The notes beneath the pieces are model-generated. The model was not told the origin of the DNA. It made no database searches and worked only from the letters and a program-made list of their open reading frames with translations. From the IMG/VR virus record IMGVR_UViG_3300006115_000038, positions 1-33,704 of that record: a DNA stretch of 33,704 nt, one strand, 5' to 3'. This DNA comes from a virus (taxonomy: Duplodnaviria > Caudoviricetes). Within the stretch, counting starts at the first letter, position 1, and each line of letters starts with the position of its first letter. A program made the position numbers and the translations under genes. This document shows positions 1 to 9,941 of the stretch, piece by piece.

Positions 1-2847
1 TATCTGATCTACTCTCTCAGATATAGTACCTTCAAAAGCAGAAACACCTGCTATACGTAAGAATTCTTTCTTAAATTGTGTGTATTGAGTTGCAGTCCAT
101 TTCAATGCATCTACTACATTATTTCTCTTATCGGTGATAAGATATGCAGCTAGTGGAAATGATCCGGCGTGTTGTAAAAAACGATGTCCATATTTTGCTA
201 GATTACCGATCGTAGATAGATTACTTGTTCCTGGAAAATTTCCCGAAAATCTTGGATTATTTTCCACAATAGTCTTGACGTGATCAACAGCTTCGCCTAG
301 GGTAAAATACCCTAGAGTTTCATTAAATGGATTATTTTGCCAATTGTAGGGTACTTCATAATATCCTCTAGCATTTTTTTCAGCTGTTGTTTGTATCTTG
401 TATACGACTTGATCTCCAACTGATAATCCGTTAGCAAATTTAATATAAGCTACTCCATTAATGTTGGTCCTGGAGATATCGTTTCTCTTGATATTATTAA
501 CATAAACTTGTGCATTTATATCTGAAAGATTTGCACTATTATTAAAGATATCAATAGCTATTAGATCAGTTGCTTGTGTAACTTCTAATATCCTAACTGC
601 CTTTTGGTATAGGTTTCGATATGTAGCAGTCCATCCATTTAAAAAGCTAAAAGAACCGTTTAGATCGTACTTCCTCAAAAATCCCTGATAAGAATATACA
701 GTAGCTAGAGCAGACCCATCTACATAGTTCCAATCGGTATTTTCTAGATCAAACTCAAACTCAATATCTCCTACGTTGTCTATAGAACGATAATATAGAG
801 GAAAACCTAGTTCAGTGTCTGCTGCACCAAGTCCTATCCTATATCCAAAAATCCTATTTCCAGAAAATGATGTGTTTGTATACACTGTTTTGTCAGAAAA
901 ACTAATAGAATTCTTGTCAAAGAGATCAAAGAGAGGAGCTTGATTAATTGCTGTCTTTTGTTGTGCCTTTTGCCAAACAGTACCGTCGTAGTAAAAAGAA
1001 GATCCCTTATTATTAACTCCGCCCTTTGAATATACAACTTCTCCTTCGTTAGGATCGCTGTCTACCGCTGGTATGAGAGTTAGCTGAGGGCGGCGTCCAA
1101 AATTATCATAAACACCGGTAGTGATTCCGTTTCCAAAAATTCCAGGATTCTGTGGATATATTAGTGTTATGCTAGAAGTAGTGCTAGATATAGCATTATA
1201 TAGACCGCTATAGTTCGCATTGCTATTCCCTTCAACAGTATATCCTACATTTATAGGTGGTGCTGCGATTAATTCATCAAAAGTAAATGTAACTTGATAA
1301 GGTGTAACTAACGTACACGCTGCTGATAAGAATTTTATTCTAGTAGTATTAACTACTATAGTGCTAACTGTATAAATCTTTCCGTTAACTAGTGGGTCTG
1401 TGTCTGCTGTAAATAATACACGTTGTCCAGGTAATAGCGGTTCGCCATCTACATAATATCCCAAACTACCTTCAATAGTCCTAAAAACAGTCTTAGTAGT
1501 AGTATCTATGAGATCCACATCTTTTTTAGCTATCCATCCAAACTGATGTAATTTTATATCTGGTAAAAATTCTATGATCGGCCTTTGTGCTCGTGTGGTC
1601 TGATCAGGAGAAGCAATTTGATTATTGGCTAGTGCTGAAGTTTCTATAACACTTATGTGAAACCATCTATTGTTCCTAGTCCAAGGATTGCGATCTCTGC
1701 TGCCTCTATTAATAACCAGATACTCTTTTGCGGTTGGATAGTTATTTGCATTGTCAAAAGGTACGGTATCAAATGGCTGCAAATCAAATGGCAAATCAGT
1801 TGGATCATTAGTTAGGGGAGTTGATTCTAAATCATCAAAACTTATCAACCTTATCGCTGTTCCAACACCTTCAACATACCAAGTACCAGTAGCATATTTT
1901 ACCGGTGTAATATTTCCAATAAATTTTAATTTCAAACCATTGATAAAAGAGATACCAGAAGTGCTAGTATAGTTTATCTTACCTAATATTTCTTTTTCTA
2001 CATCTAATTCTGTATCTTGATCTATATCTCGTATATCTATAAATCCCTGAGAATTAGCATCATTATTATCTATATAATAAAGCAAATCGGGTGCTTCGTA
2101 AGGCACAGTAAAAGTAATAGTTCCGATGTCTATATTTTGTCTAGAAACACCAGTGTTATAAAGATAACTATTTCCGGTTATTGGCTGTGTCTTTATAGAA
2201 AAAGGTTTATTTTTAGCATTAATTTTGAATGTATAGGTATTGCCTCTATACAAAGTCAATCTAGGATTAGCAGTTAGTCCATCAGGAGTAAACAGATAAT
2301 CTATCCTATCACCTTCATTTATAGTAGTGATAGTAAATGTGCTAGTAGTAGCTATCTGATGTCCGAAAATGGTTATTGGATTTGGACCGCTTGGTAACCA
2401 ATAATATTCTCTAAAATTAACAAATTTATCTAGATCAATGCTTGGATCCCAAGCATAGGCTTCTTCTGTATTAAGTTTGGCATGGTTAGCTGTATTTGCT
2501 CCATAAAATGCCAAACTGTTCATATAATCTAAATAATCAGCAAACCAAGTCGGTTCTCCTGTAGCAGGATCTTGATATACAAATCCTGGCTCTAGCTGAT
2601 AATACTGACGCATAGTTGTAACATCAGATTGATAGTTGTCGCTGATATTAAAATTAGGTATATCTTTACGACCAACATATCCGTTGACCCTGTTTAATTT
2701 TCCAGGTTGTAGGAGAGGATCAAGCACTCCAGATAAGAATTTTTCATTCTGCTCAGTACGGAAAAACCTAGGCAAATGCCTAGAAGACTGCCTTTTGTTT
2801 TGATCGTCTATAGTTACTGGTAATGGATATTCGTCATTACTTGCCAT
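1..2847 (-). CDS. Very large virion/baseplate structural protein (gp7-like position), runs off the left edge of the window
   Basis: Not in the ORF track because no stop lies in the window. I read ATG at 2847 (MASNDEYPLPVTIDDQNKRQSSRHLPRFFRTEQNEKFLSGVLDPLLQPGKL...), an internal segment (RDRNPWTRNNRWFHIS) and the frame still open at position 1 (...GTISERVDQI), giving at least 949 codons. It lies directly downstream of the gp6-like gene. Function is inferred from synteny. Confidence 0.75.
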   Translation of the reverse strand, partial: MASNDEYPLPVTIDDQNKRQSSRHLPRFFRTEQNEKFLSGVLDPLLQPGKLNRVNGYVGRKDIPNFNISDNYQSDVTTMRQYYQLEPGFVYQDPATGEPTWFADYLDYMNSLAFYGANTANHAKLNTEEAYAWDPSIDLDKFVNFREYYWLPSGPNPITIFGHQIATTSTFTITTINEGDRIDYLFTPDGLTANPRLTLYRGNTYTFKINAKNKPFSIKTQPITGNSYLYNTGVSRQNIDIGTITFTVPYEAPDLLYYIDNNDANSQGFIDIRDIDQDTELDVEKEILGKINYTSTSGISFINGLKLKFIGNITPVKYATGTWYVEGVGTAIRLISFDDLESTPLTNDPTDLPFDLQPFDTVPFDNANNYPTAKEYLVINRGSRDRNPWTRNNRWFHISVIETSALANNQIASPDQTTRAQRPIIEFLPDIKLHQFGWIAKKDVDLIDTTTKTVFRTIEGSLGYYVDGEPLLPGQRVLFTADTDPLVNGKIYTVSTIVVNTTRIKFLSAACTLVTPYQVTFTFDELIAAPPINVGYTVEGNSNANYSGLYNAISSTTSSITLIYPQNPGIFGNGITTGVYDNFGRRPQLTLIPAVDSDPNEGEVVYSKGGVNNKGSSFYYDGTVWQKAQQKTAINQAPLFDLFDKNSISFSDKTVYTNTSFSGNRIFGYRIGLGAADTELGFPLYYRSIDNVGDIEFEFDLENTDWNYVDGSALATVYSYQGFLRKYDLNGSFSFLNGWTATYRNLYQKAVRILEVTQATDLIAIDIFNNSANLSDINAQVYVNNIKRNDISRTNINGVAYIKFANGLSVGDQVVYKIQTTAEKNARGYYEVPYNWQNNPFNETLGYFTLGEAVDHVKTIVENNPRFSGNFPGTSNLSTIGNLAKYGHRFLQHAGSFPLAAYLITDKRNNVVDALKWTATQYTQFKKEFLRIAGVSAFEGTISERVDQI

Positions 2848-2866
2848 TATATATTAATACTCCAGA

Positions 2867-5800
2867 TTATCCGCTTTTTAGGTTCGTTGAATTTACATCA
2901 AAGGTAGATGTAGTTAATACATATCCCGTGGATTTAAGATTAGTTGCTGTTATAGAATCTACTATAGTAATGTTGTCAACAGTGGCTCCGCTAACAAATA
3001 TTTCGTTTGGATCTGATGTAAGTTCCTGCAAACTACCGTAGGATTGATTGCTGGCTAATGGAACTATTACAAACGAAGTTATGTAAGGGGTTAGCTGATT
3101 CATTACATATGCGCTTAATTCCGTAAAATAAAAAGTATCTCCAAAATTAAAATTACCTAGCGCAAAAAATTGGTTGATAGTCTGTATTATCTTGGCTTTA
3201 GCATTGTTATCTGTTATCACCTGTTCAGTGTTTTTTATCACCAAGAACTGTGCCTGTAATCTAATATCTGCTTTATTTCCAAACAATACTTTGTAGCTAA
3301 CAGGATGGTATATAACTTCATCGCTGATACTTTTTATAGCATTCAAAGATGCTCCGTAAGTAGTTAGTAGACTAGTACTGGTCGGAGGAAGTGGTTGTAT
3401 ATCTGTGTTGCCTATCAGCCAATTTCTATATTGTACATCATAATCTTTTGTTAATAAGAATACATCAATTATATTAGTTGAACTAGGATCAATCCTTGTC
3501 GTAGAATCGGCATTATGTAGATAATGGAAATACAATCCAGTCCTACCAGCAGCAGCAAAATAGCTCTGCGTGACTACTAATCTGCTGCTAGCAGCATCAT
3601 ATTTTTTAATTATATCAGACGAATAAAAATAAAACAGCTGTCCGTCAGTATATTGTCCTAGATTAGAAATATGATTCTGAGAAGCAAAAATTAAAAACAT
3701 ATTATTGTCATTACTGACATATCTAAAATCTTCTGTGTAATTGTCAGTTATATATTTTTCAAAAAATACAAAATTATTATTAGTTAATGAATCGTTAGTT
3801 AAGACTGGAGGATTAACGATGATATCAAAAGCATCAGGATTATTTGGTATACCATCATCATTAGAATCAAAAAATGATACCTGCACTACCTTAGTGCTGG
3901 AATATCCATTATTTTGCGTAACATTTCCCACGATCTGCCAAGGATAATCAGTAGAAAGTGGTGAATTAGAATCAGGTTTAGTATTGATTTTTAATACTGA
4001 TATCTTGTCTTTCTGTATAGATCCAGACACGGTATCGTATATCTTCCTTGTGTTATCAAAATAGAAACGATTTTCTAACACAGATTCAAAGAAATAATTT
4101 AATCCCCTATAAGATACTGTATAATTAGAACCATCTGTTTCAAAAGAAATCAACCAACTGCTGTCTAGTTTTTGACCCGTATTATCTCCTGCATATCCAG
4201 TGCTCCAAGGAGATAGTAAATTCAAATTCCTATCCTGTATTATCTGCCAAGATGCTGTGATAACATCATATCTTAAACCAAAAAATCTATAATTAAAAAT
4301 CAAATTGTTCATTACACTCTGTGTATCAGCAGTTAGATAATTTAAGAACACAGGTATTATTTGATTCAATATAGCGCCATTTGGAACTGTTTGTCCAAGT
4401 GTTATAGTACCTAAACTATTAGCACTAGAATTTACCCTGCCGCTATTGTTTACGCCTGTGCCATTACCTGATACAGAAACAACATTGGCCCATATCCTAT
4501 CTGTAGTATTAGGACCTGGAGTAGTAGTCAGTGTTCCATTAGTAGTAAAATAACTACCAGCTGGTGGGATAAATTTTATCAAAGCGCCGGGCTGTACATA
4601 TTTTAGCGCGGTGCCGGTATAGATAACAGCCAGCGGCGATTTATCATTACTGTTTCCTATATAACCATTGCTTTGATTATAACCTGATGTGATCTGATAA
4701 AAAATCGCATTTATATCACTTAGAATTATCTTATTATATTTTGAATAATAAAAATCTCTCATAGAAATCTGAGATGTTAAGGGCTGTATGCGATTAAGTA
4801 TAGTTTCTTGGATATCAGTAGTGCTGTTGAATGTAAATTTAAAAGAATTGAGTATGTCCTGTCGATAGATGATACCGTCAGTACAGAAAATACTAGTGCT
4901 GCTGTATGTTCCGCTAGAATCAATGAGATCGAAATTCCTGCTTATTCCGCTAGAAGTACGGTTGATTGATTTAATTTTAGCGATATTTTGGCTAACATTT
5001 AATGGAGCTAGATTATAATCTTCTCCTGTTATCATCCTGTTTTGTGTATAATAAACAGATGGAGCATTTTGTTTTATCTGTGTATTTGTTTCTGTGGATG
5101 CAGCATTAGTTACGGATGTTTCTAAAGCCAATATTAATTTGAGAGTTTCTAGTGTGTTTGATTTGGAAACATAGGGTACATTTACTATAACTGTAGATAG
5201 ATCTGCAGGATGGATAGTGTAAGTTAATCCATTGCTGGTCCTGTAATAGATCCTAAAAGTGCCCTTTGGCAAATTACCAAAAACACCGTCAGCAAAATTT
5301 AAACTAATGCTATCATTAGCAGTGGTCTGCACAAAATAGATATTTTTTACAGTCTTATCAATGCTGTTGTAGATCACATTGTTTCCGTTAATCGTAGGAA
5401 CTTGTGTCCATATATTAGCTTTAGATTCTAAATTATTCTTGTCTAATTGATACAACCAAACGTCGGTGTTATTAATGTTAGTTGCTGCTACATTGATTAT
5501 CTGATTGCTAACAGGATTGTTTATAGTGAAAGAATTCTGTGCTAATGTTCCCTGCTTAAAGTGAAGATAAAATCCAGTATTAACACTACCATAACCCTGT
5601 CCGTCATCTGTGTAGATCAGAGAAAGCTGGTTTCCTCTTTGCGGAACATCTTCTCTCACTACATTGGTTTGAGAGTTAGGATCATAAGCTATCACAGTGC
5701 TTACCGCTTCAAAATTGTAACCGTTTCCGTTAACTGTTGCGCTAAAAGGAAATACGGGAACATCGGTGATATAGCTGTTTATCTTATATTGTTCAGTATA

Positions 5801-6346
5801 TAATCCGTCTATAGTAGCACTAGATAATGGATTACCAAATGCTACGTTATCTATAAACGCAGAATTCATTATCTTAGTGAATTGATCAAACCAATTAATG
5901 TTAGACCCATCATTCCAAGATACCTGCACATTTCCTAATCCTATGCCATTAGAATCGATTATATTTTCTGTTGTGGTTAGACTCTGTATTTTTAAAAATC
6001 CGCTAGCAGAAACAGTCCTGCTGGTATTGTAGCTAATCATATTAGCCAATCTCAGTATGCTTTCACGGCGCTCTGCTAGTTCTAAAAAGTTTTCTCTCGC
6101 ATTGAAATCCAAGCGATAAGCGAGACTCTGTCCAAAAAATGCTATGAGATCTATCAGTGCTAGATATTCGCTAGACTCGATATAGTCATTAAAACTCTCA
6201 GGAAAATTCTCCCTAAGATAGGTTATCATCACCCTACGTATATTTTCAAAATCATAGCTGGTAAAATCGGCGTTGGTAAATGTCTGATAGATCTTAGACC
6301 AATCTTCAGCTGCAAATAGTGTATTCTGGCGGTTAGTTACTGACAT
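2867..6346 (-). CDS. gp6: Baseplate wedge subunit, T4 gp6-like (extended, 1159 aa)
   Basis: gp6/baseplate-J-like motifs: DFTSYDFENIR...FNDYIESS...ARENFLELAERRESILRLA..ISY, FADGVFGNLP and ETNTQIKQNAP..YYTQNRMITGEDY. Adjacent to the gp25-like gene. Confidence 0.85.
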   Translation of the reverse strand: MSVTNRQNTLFAAEDWSKIYQTFTNADFTSYDFENIRRVMITYLRENFPESFNDYIESSEYLALIDLIAFFGQSLAYRLDFNARENFLELAERRESILRLANMISYNTSRTVSASGFLKIQSLTTTENIIDSNGIGLGNVQVSWNDGSNINWFDQFTKIMNSAFIDNVAFGNPLSSATIDGLYTEQYKINSYITDVPVFPFSATVNGNGYNFEAVSTVIAYDPNSQTNVVREDVPQRGNQLSLIYTDDGQGYGSVNTGFYLHFKQGTLAQNSFTINNPVSNQIINVAATNINNTDVWLYQLDKNNLESKANIWTQVPTINGNNVIYNSIDKTVKNIYFVQTTANDSISLNFADGVFGNLPKGTFRIYYRTSNGLTYTIHPADLSTVIVNVPYVSKSNTLETLKLILALETSVTNAASTETNTQIKQNAPSVYYTQNRMITGEDYNLAPLNVSQNIAKIKSINRTSSGISRNFDLIDSSGTYSSTSIFCTDGIIYRQDILNSFKFTFNSTTDIQETILNRIQPLTSQISMRDFYYSKYNKIILSDINAIFYQITSGYNQSNGYIGNSNDKSPLAVIYTGTALKYVQPGALIKFIPPAGSYFTTNGTLTTTPGPNTTDRIWANVVSVSGNGTGVNNSGRVNSSANSLGTITLGQTVPNGAILNQIIPVFLNYLTADTQSVMNNLIFNYRFFGLRYDVITASWQIIQDRNLNLLSPWSTGYAGDNTGQKLDSSWLISFETDGSNYTVSYRGLNYFFESVLENRFYFDNTRKIYDTVSGSIQKDKISVLKINTKPDSNSPLSTDYPWQIVGNVTQNNGYSSTKVVQVSFFDSNDDGIPNNPDAFDIIVNPPVLTNDSLTNNNFVFFEKYITDNYTEDFRYVSNDNNMFLIFASQNHISNLGQYTDGQLFYFYSSDIIKKYDAASSRLVVTQSYFAAAGRTGLYFHYLHNADSTTRIDPSSTNIIDVFLLTKDYDVQYRNWLIGNTDIQPLPPTSTSLLTTYGASLNAIKSISDEVIYHPVSYKVLFGNKADIRLQAQFLVIKNTEQVITDNNAKAKIIQTINQFFALGNFNFGDTFYFTELSAYVMNQLTPYITSFVIVPLASNQSYGSLQELTSDPNEIFVSGATVDNITIVDSITATNLKSTGYVLTTSTFDVNSTNLKSG

Positions 6347-6368
6347 AGAGTACGGATCCCATATTGTT

Positions 6369-6375
6369 TATTTAT
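6369..6375 (-). promoter_or_regulatory. Late promoter-like box ATAAATA upstream of gp6-like gene
   Basis: tatttat on + is ATAAATA on -, 22 nt upstream of the start codon. Resembles the T4 gp55 consensus TATAAATA. Confidence 0.6.
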
Positions 6376-6399
6376 TTTAACTATTATCTGCTACTTTAA

Positions 6400-6840
6400 T
6401 TAAATCAAACCGTTTTTTTGATCGAACGTAAATTGCATACTCTGTTGGATATTATAGGGAACGTACACTAGTGTAAATTCTAATTGTATACCTTTATCTA
6501 CTTGTGTAATAACACTTTTTACTACTTTAACCCTAGGATCGCTGTTAATGATACTGTTAACATCGTTGGTTATTATCTTTTTCAATTGATCAGTTAAGGG
6601 TTCAAATAACATATCCCATATAATAGTTCCGTAGGTAGGATTCTCTAATTTTTCACCTTTCTTTATATGGAAGGCGTTAATTAGATCCTGTTTGATCAAT
6701 TCTAGATCATACAACGAACCATTTTTGGCTATAGGGCTAACAGTACTAAATCCTTTATAGGACTTAGGTTGATAATTTTTGTAATAAGGATCTGCATTTG
6801 CATTTCCTACAACTAGATTGTTATAACCTTGTACCGCCAT
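6400..6840 (-). CDS. gp25: Baseplate wedge / sheath initiator, gp25/GPW-like
   Basis: DLELIKQDLINAFHIKKGEKLENPTYGTIIWDMLFEPL...DPRV matches the gp25-family pattern. Size (146 aa) and position between gp5-like and gp6-like genes fit. Confidence 0.85.
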   Translation of the reverse strand: MAVQGYNNLVVGNANADPYYKNYQPKSYKGFSTVSPIAKNGSLYDLELIKQDLINAFHIKKGEKLENPTYGTIIWDMLFEPLTDQLKKIITNDVNSIINSDPRVKVVKSVITQVDKGIQLEFTLVYVPYNIQQSMQFTFDQKNGLI

Positions 6841-6857
6841 CGCCTACCCCTTTATAC

Positions 6858-6864
6858 TACTTAT
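6858..6864 (-). promoter_or_regulatory. Late promoter variant ATAAGTA upstream of gp25-like gene
   Basis: tacttat on +. The same variant occurs upstream of the portal gene. Confidence 0.4.
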
Positions 6865-9800
6865 GCTGTTAAAATCTCTGATCCATCAGGATTTCCTCCT
6901 GCCATCTGTGTAGCAGGCAATCCCCCGGTCGATTCCGGTGGAGCGGAAGGTTTATCTAGTACTTGTGGTTTTGAATATGCTGCATCTGGGCTGACCTGAT
7001 TTCCTGAAGAATCAACTGGAGTTCCTGTAGCATCGACGGCAATGTATTTGCCATTATACCAAGCCCAACGTGTGCTATTTGGTACGCCTGGTGGATCTGA
7101 TGGCATCTGTGCGTTCTGTGTGCTGGCCGGCCAGTTGCTTGATGAATTTCCTGGAGGCGGAGCGCTTGCTGCCGGTCCTGGCTGTATAGTTGATCCCGGA
7201 CCAGATGATAGATCTGGGCTGTAGCTTTTGGCTCCTAGTTTAGGAGCTATAAACTGTTTCTCATACCAACGCAACCATGTACCTGCTTTTTTGACCGTGC
7301 AGTCATTATTCTGCGTGGGATCTTGCCAACCTTTGTTCTGCTTGCATCTCGTATCTGCGAAAGGATAGATAGTTTTTTTAGTAATGAGCTTGCTAGAATC
7401 TGTTCCCGCAGCCAATGCTAACCATATGTAAACAGCTCTATCTTCTTTTGGAAAGATACCAGCACCGCCGGGTAATATAAGATCAAAATACTTTTCTATC
7501 CAAAACATCTGCCTATGTCTAGTCAACTTCCTCATACCTTCAGGAGATATTAGATCTTCTGCAGCTTCTTTTGGACTACGTGCAGCGAGCTCATCAAAGT
7601 TGGTTTTTCCTGTTTTCGGATTAGTTTGCTTACAGATCTGTACCAAACCAACGCAGCCATCACCGTTTGATTTTGATGGATCTAGGCTAGCAGTTCCTGT
7701 TTCTGCAGCAAATATAGACAGCAGTTCAGCTACAGTTATACCTAGCTTACCTGATAGTTTTGCTACATCTCCCATAAATTCCTGATCTTGTACCCAATCA
7801 CTAGGTGTGTTCCTATCACTGATTTGGCTTTCTTGACTAACAACATTGCTGCTAGGATCGCCTTTGGGAGACGGGTGATGTGGATAGGGATTTCGTCTTG
7901 CACCCGAAACATTCGGGCTGGGCTTGCGTGTTCCGTTTGGTATATTTTCTAGATCATCATTGTTAGATATCTGTCGACGTTCTTCTCCTTTAGCATACGG
8001 CTGATCAGAGTTGTGTCTATCTGTTAGATCCTGTGTATGTCCCGGAGGATTAAAATTTTCAAATCCTTTGAAAGATCCGTGATCCAATGGTACTCTGCTA
8101 GTGATAGCCCTACCATAATTAGTGTGTATCGCGTGGGTGATTGGATCGGCTGTGATCTTAGCTGGGTGTGGTTTACGTCCCATAGCTTCATTTGCCTGCC
8201 TAGCTGCTCCAGCAGATATAGGAGAAGTAGCAGCAGCATCTAAACTGGCATTATATGGATCAGTAGCTACTGTAGTCGAACCTTTTTTCCTGCCCGGACC
8301 ACTGTTGAGCAAGACATTTGGTCCGCCTTGTATGTTTATAGTACCCCCGCCAGTAACAGCAAGTGGTCCATCTGATGTCATAGCCATGTCGCTTCCTGAA
8401 GTACTGAAAGGCCCATCTGATCTTTGATCTATCGTGCCATCGGATTTCAATATGAAAGCCGAATAAGTCTTGAGCTGCTGTGTAGCAGATGTTTGATTTA
8501 TAGTACCGGCTGCTAAAATATCTATATCAATACTAGCACTTGCTGCGATGCTTTCTGCCCTAATCTCAGTATTACCGCTGCTAGTTAAATGTATATGACC
8601 ATGCGCCATAACATCTATATTCCTAGAATCTAATCTTATATCACCTGATGTCATATTAGCTGTACCATCTGACATTAGGGTGATATCACCACCTTCGGCA
8701 TTTACTGCGATGTGAGTACTAGCACTCATAGCTATATTAGAATCACTTTTGATATGCATCTCTGATTTAGAATGTGCATTGATATCATGATCTGCATAGA
8801 GATTGATAGCACGGCCTGCGTGTATGTTTACGTCTCTATCAGATGTGATATTATAATCTGCTTCAGTATGTACACTAACACAATCTGCTGTATAGATATC
8901 TATCTTGCCATTGCTGGTCATTTCGATCCAGGCAGTACCTTTAGAATTATGTATGTGTATGAAATCTTCTGCACAGTGCATTATAAATTGTGCACCATTA
9001 GCGGCGGTTATCCTTATCTGTTGATCTTTTGGTACCGATACATCGCCGCCAGTTTCGCCGTTTTGTAGATTAACATATTCTGCAGGTCCTTCGCCGGCTT
9101 TGCTCTTTCTGAGATTTGATTCATCGCCATCATCCATGATAAATGAATGCCCTGGGCGGCGAGATGTATGTTTAGTTACTTGTGTGTCTCTAGGTCCTAC
9201 TGATCTCGTAGGAGCTCCTGGCGTCTTGTCTAATGGTCCGGGAGTACTCCAACCGTGTACATTGCTTGGACTTTCTCTCCTAGCACTGCTAGTATGAGTG
9301 CCTCTATAGGGATCATCTATAAGTCCTTGTTCTGCTAATTGGCTAACCCTAGCACTATTTACAGGTTTTTCCATTTTATTTGTGTCAGGTTGTACACCTT
9401 TGGCTGCCGGACGATTTATCTCACTTACTGGAAGCTGTGAACCCTGATCAGTGAGGCTACTAGTATCTGTCGTTTTAGACCAATCTCCGGTATCAGGATT
9501 ATAAGATTTGTATTGCTTCTTTGTATTTTTAGTTGAAGCTATTCCTGGTACACTTTGATTCATATGTTGATCTTGTATGCTGCTAAAGTAATATCCTTGT
9601 CCCGGATCTCCTCCAACAAAAACACATAATACCATAGATCCTGTATTAGGAGGAGGTGACCAAAATCCGTGACTCTGTTGCGATGAGTGATGATCATCAG
9701 CATTCGTTGCATCATGTTCTACATCCGTAGAACCAAAACTAGGGCTAGCATATCTAACAGTAAATACCTGTTGATCTGCGCCTCTTTGATTACCAATATT

Positions 9801-9923
9801 TCCTAATAATTCTACCTGTACCGCACCTTGCCTATGGGGATCAACATTGCTAACGATCTTACCAATATGCGGACCCGGGTCTATCCTTAATGAAGAGAGA
9901 TCGTGTTCAGATGTTCTTGCCAT
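6861..9923 (-). CDS. gp5: Baseplate hub / central spike, gp5/VgrG-like, with C-terminal lysozyme-like (transglycosylase-type) domain
   Basis: N-terminal OB-fold-like region (GKIVSNVDPHRQGAVQV...PPNTGSMVLCVFVGGD), GHSFIMDDG and IEMTSNGKIDIY motifs, then beta-helix repeats (DVNIHAGRAINLYA...). The C-terminal part has ELLSIFAAETG...GCVGLVQI. Confidence 0.8.
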   Translation of the reverse strand: MARTSEHDLSSLRIDPGPHIGKIVSNVDPHRQGAVQVELLGNIGNQRGADQQVFTVRYASPSFGSTDVEHDATNADDHHSSQQSHGFWSPPPNTGSMVLCVFVGGDPGQGYYFSSIQDQHMNQSVPGIASTKNTKKQYKSYNPDTGDWSKTTDTSSLTDQGSQLPVSEINRPAAKGVQPDTNKMEKPVNSARVSQLAEQGLIDDPYRGTHTSSARRESPSNVHGWSTPGPLDKTPGAPTRSVGPRDTQVTKHTSRRPGHSFIMDDGDESNLRKSKAGEGPAEYVNLQNGETGGDVSVPKDQQIRITAANGAQFIMHCAEDFIHIHNSKGTAWIEMTSNGKIDIYTADCVSVHTEADYNITSDRDVNIHAGRAINLYADHDINAHSKSEMHIKSDSNIAMSASTHIAVNAEGGDITLMSDGTANMTSGDIRLDSRNIDVMAHGHIHLTSSGNTEIRAESIAASASIDIDILAAGTINQTSATQQLKTYSAFILKSDGTIDQRSDGPFSTSGSDMAMTSDGPLAVTGGGTINIQGGPNVLLNSGPGRKKGSTTVATDPYNASLDAAATSPISAGAARQANEAMGRKPHPAKITADPITHAIHTNYGRAITSRVPLDHGSFKGFENFNPPGHTQDLTDRHNSDQPYAKGEERRQISNNDDLENIPNGTRKPSPNVSGARRNPYPHHPSPKGDPSSNVVSQESQISDRNTPSDWVQDQEFMGDVAKLSGKLGITVAELLSIFAAETGTASLDPSKSNGDGCVGLVQICKQTNPKTGKTNFDELAARSPKEAAEDLISPEGMRKLTRHRQMFWIEKYFDLILPGGAGIFPKEDRAVYIWLALAAGTDSSKLITKKTIYPFADTRCKQNKGWQDPTQNNDCTVKKAGTWLRWYEKQFIAPKLGAKSYSPDLSSGPGSTIQPGPAASAPPPGNSSSNWPASTQNAQMPSDPPGVPNSTRWAWYNGKYIAVDATGTPVDSSGNQVSPDAAYSKPQVLDKPSAPPESTGGLPATQMAGGNPDGSEILTA

Positions 9924-9941
9924 TTTTTATATCACCTTTAA

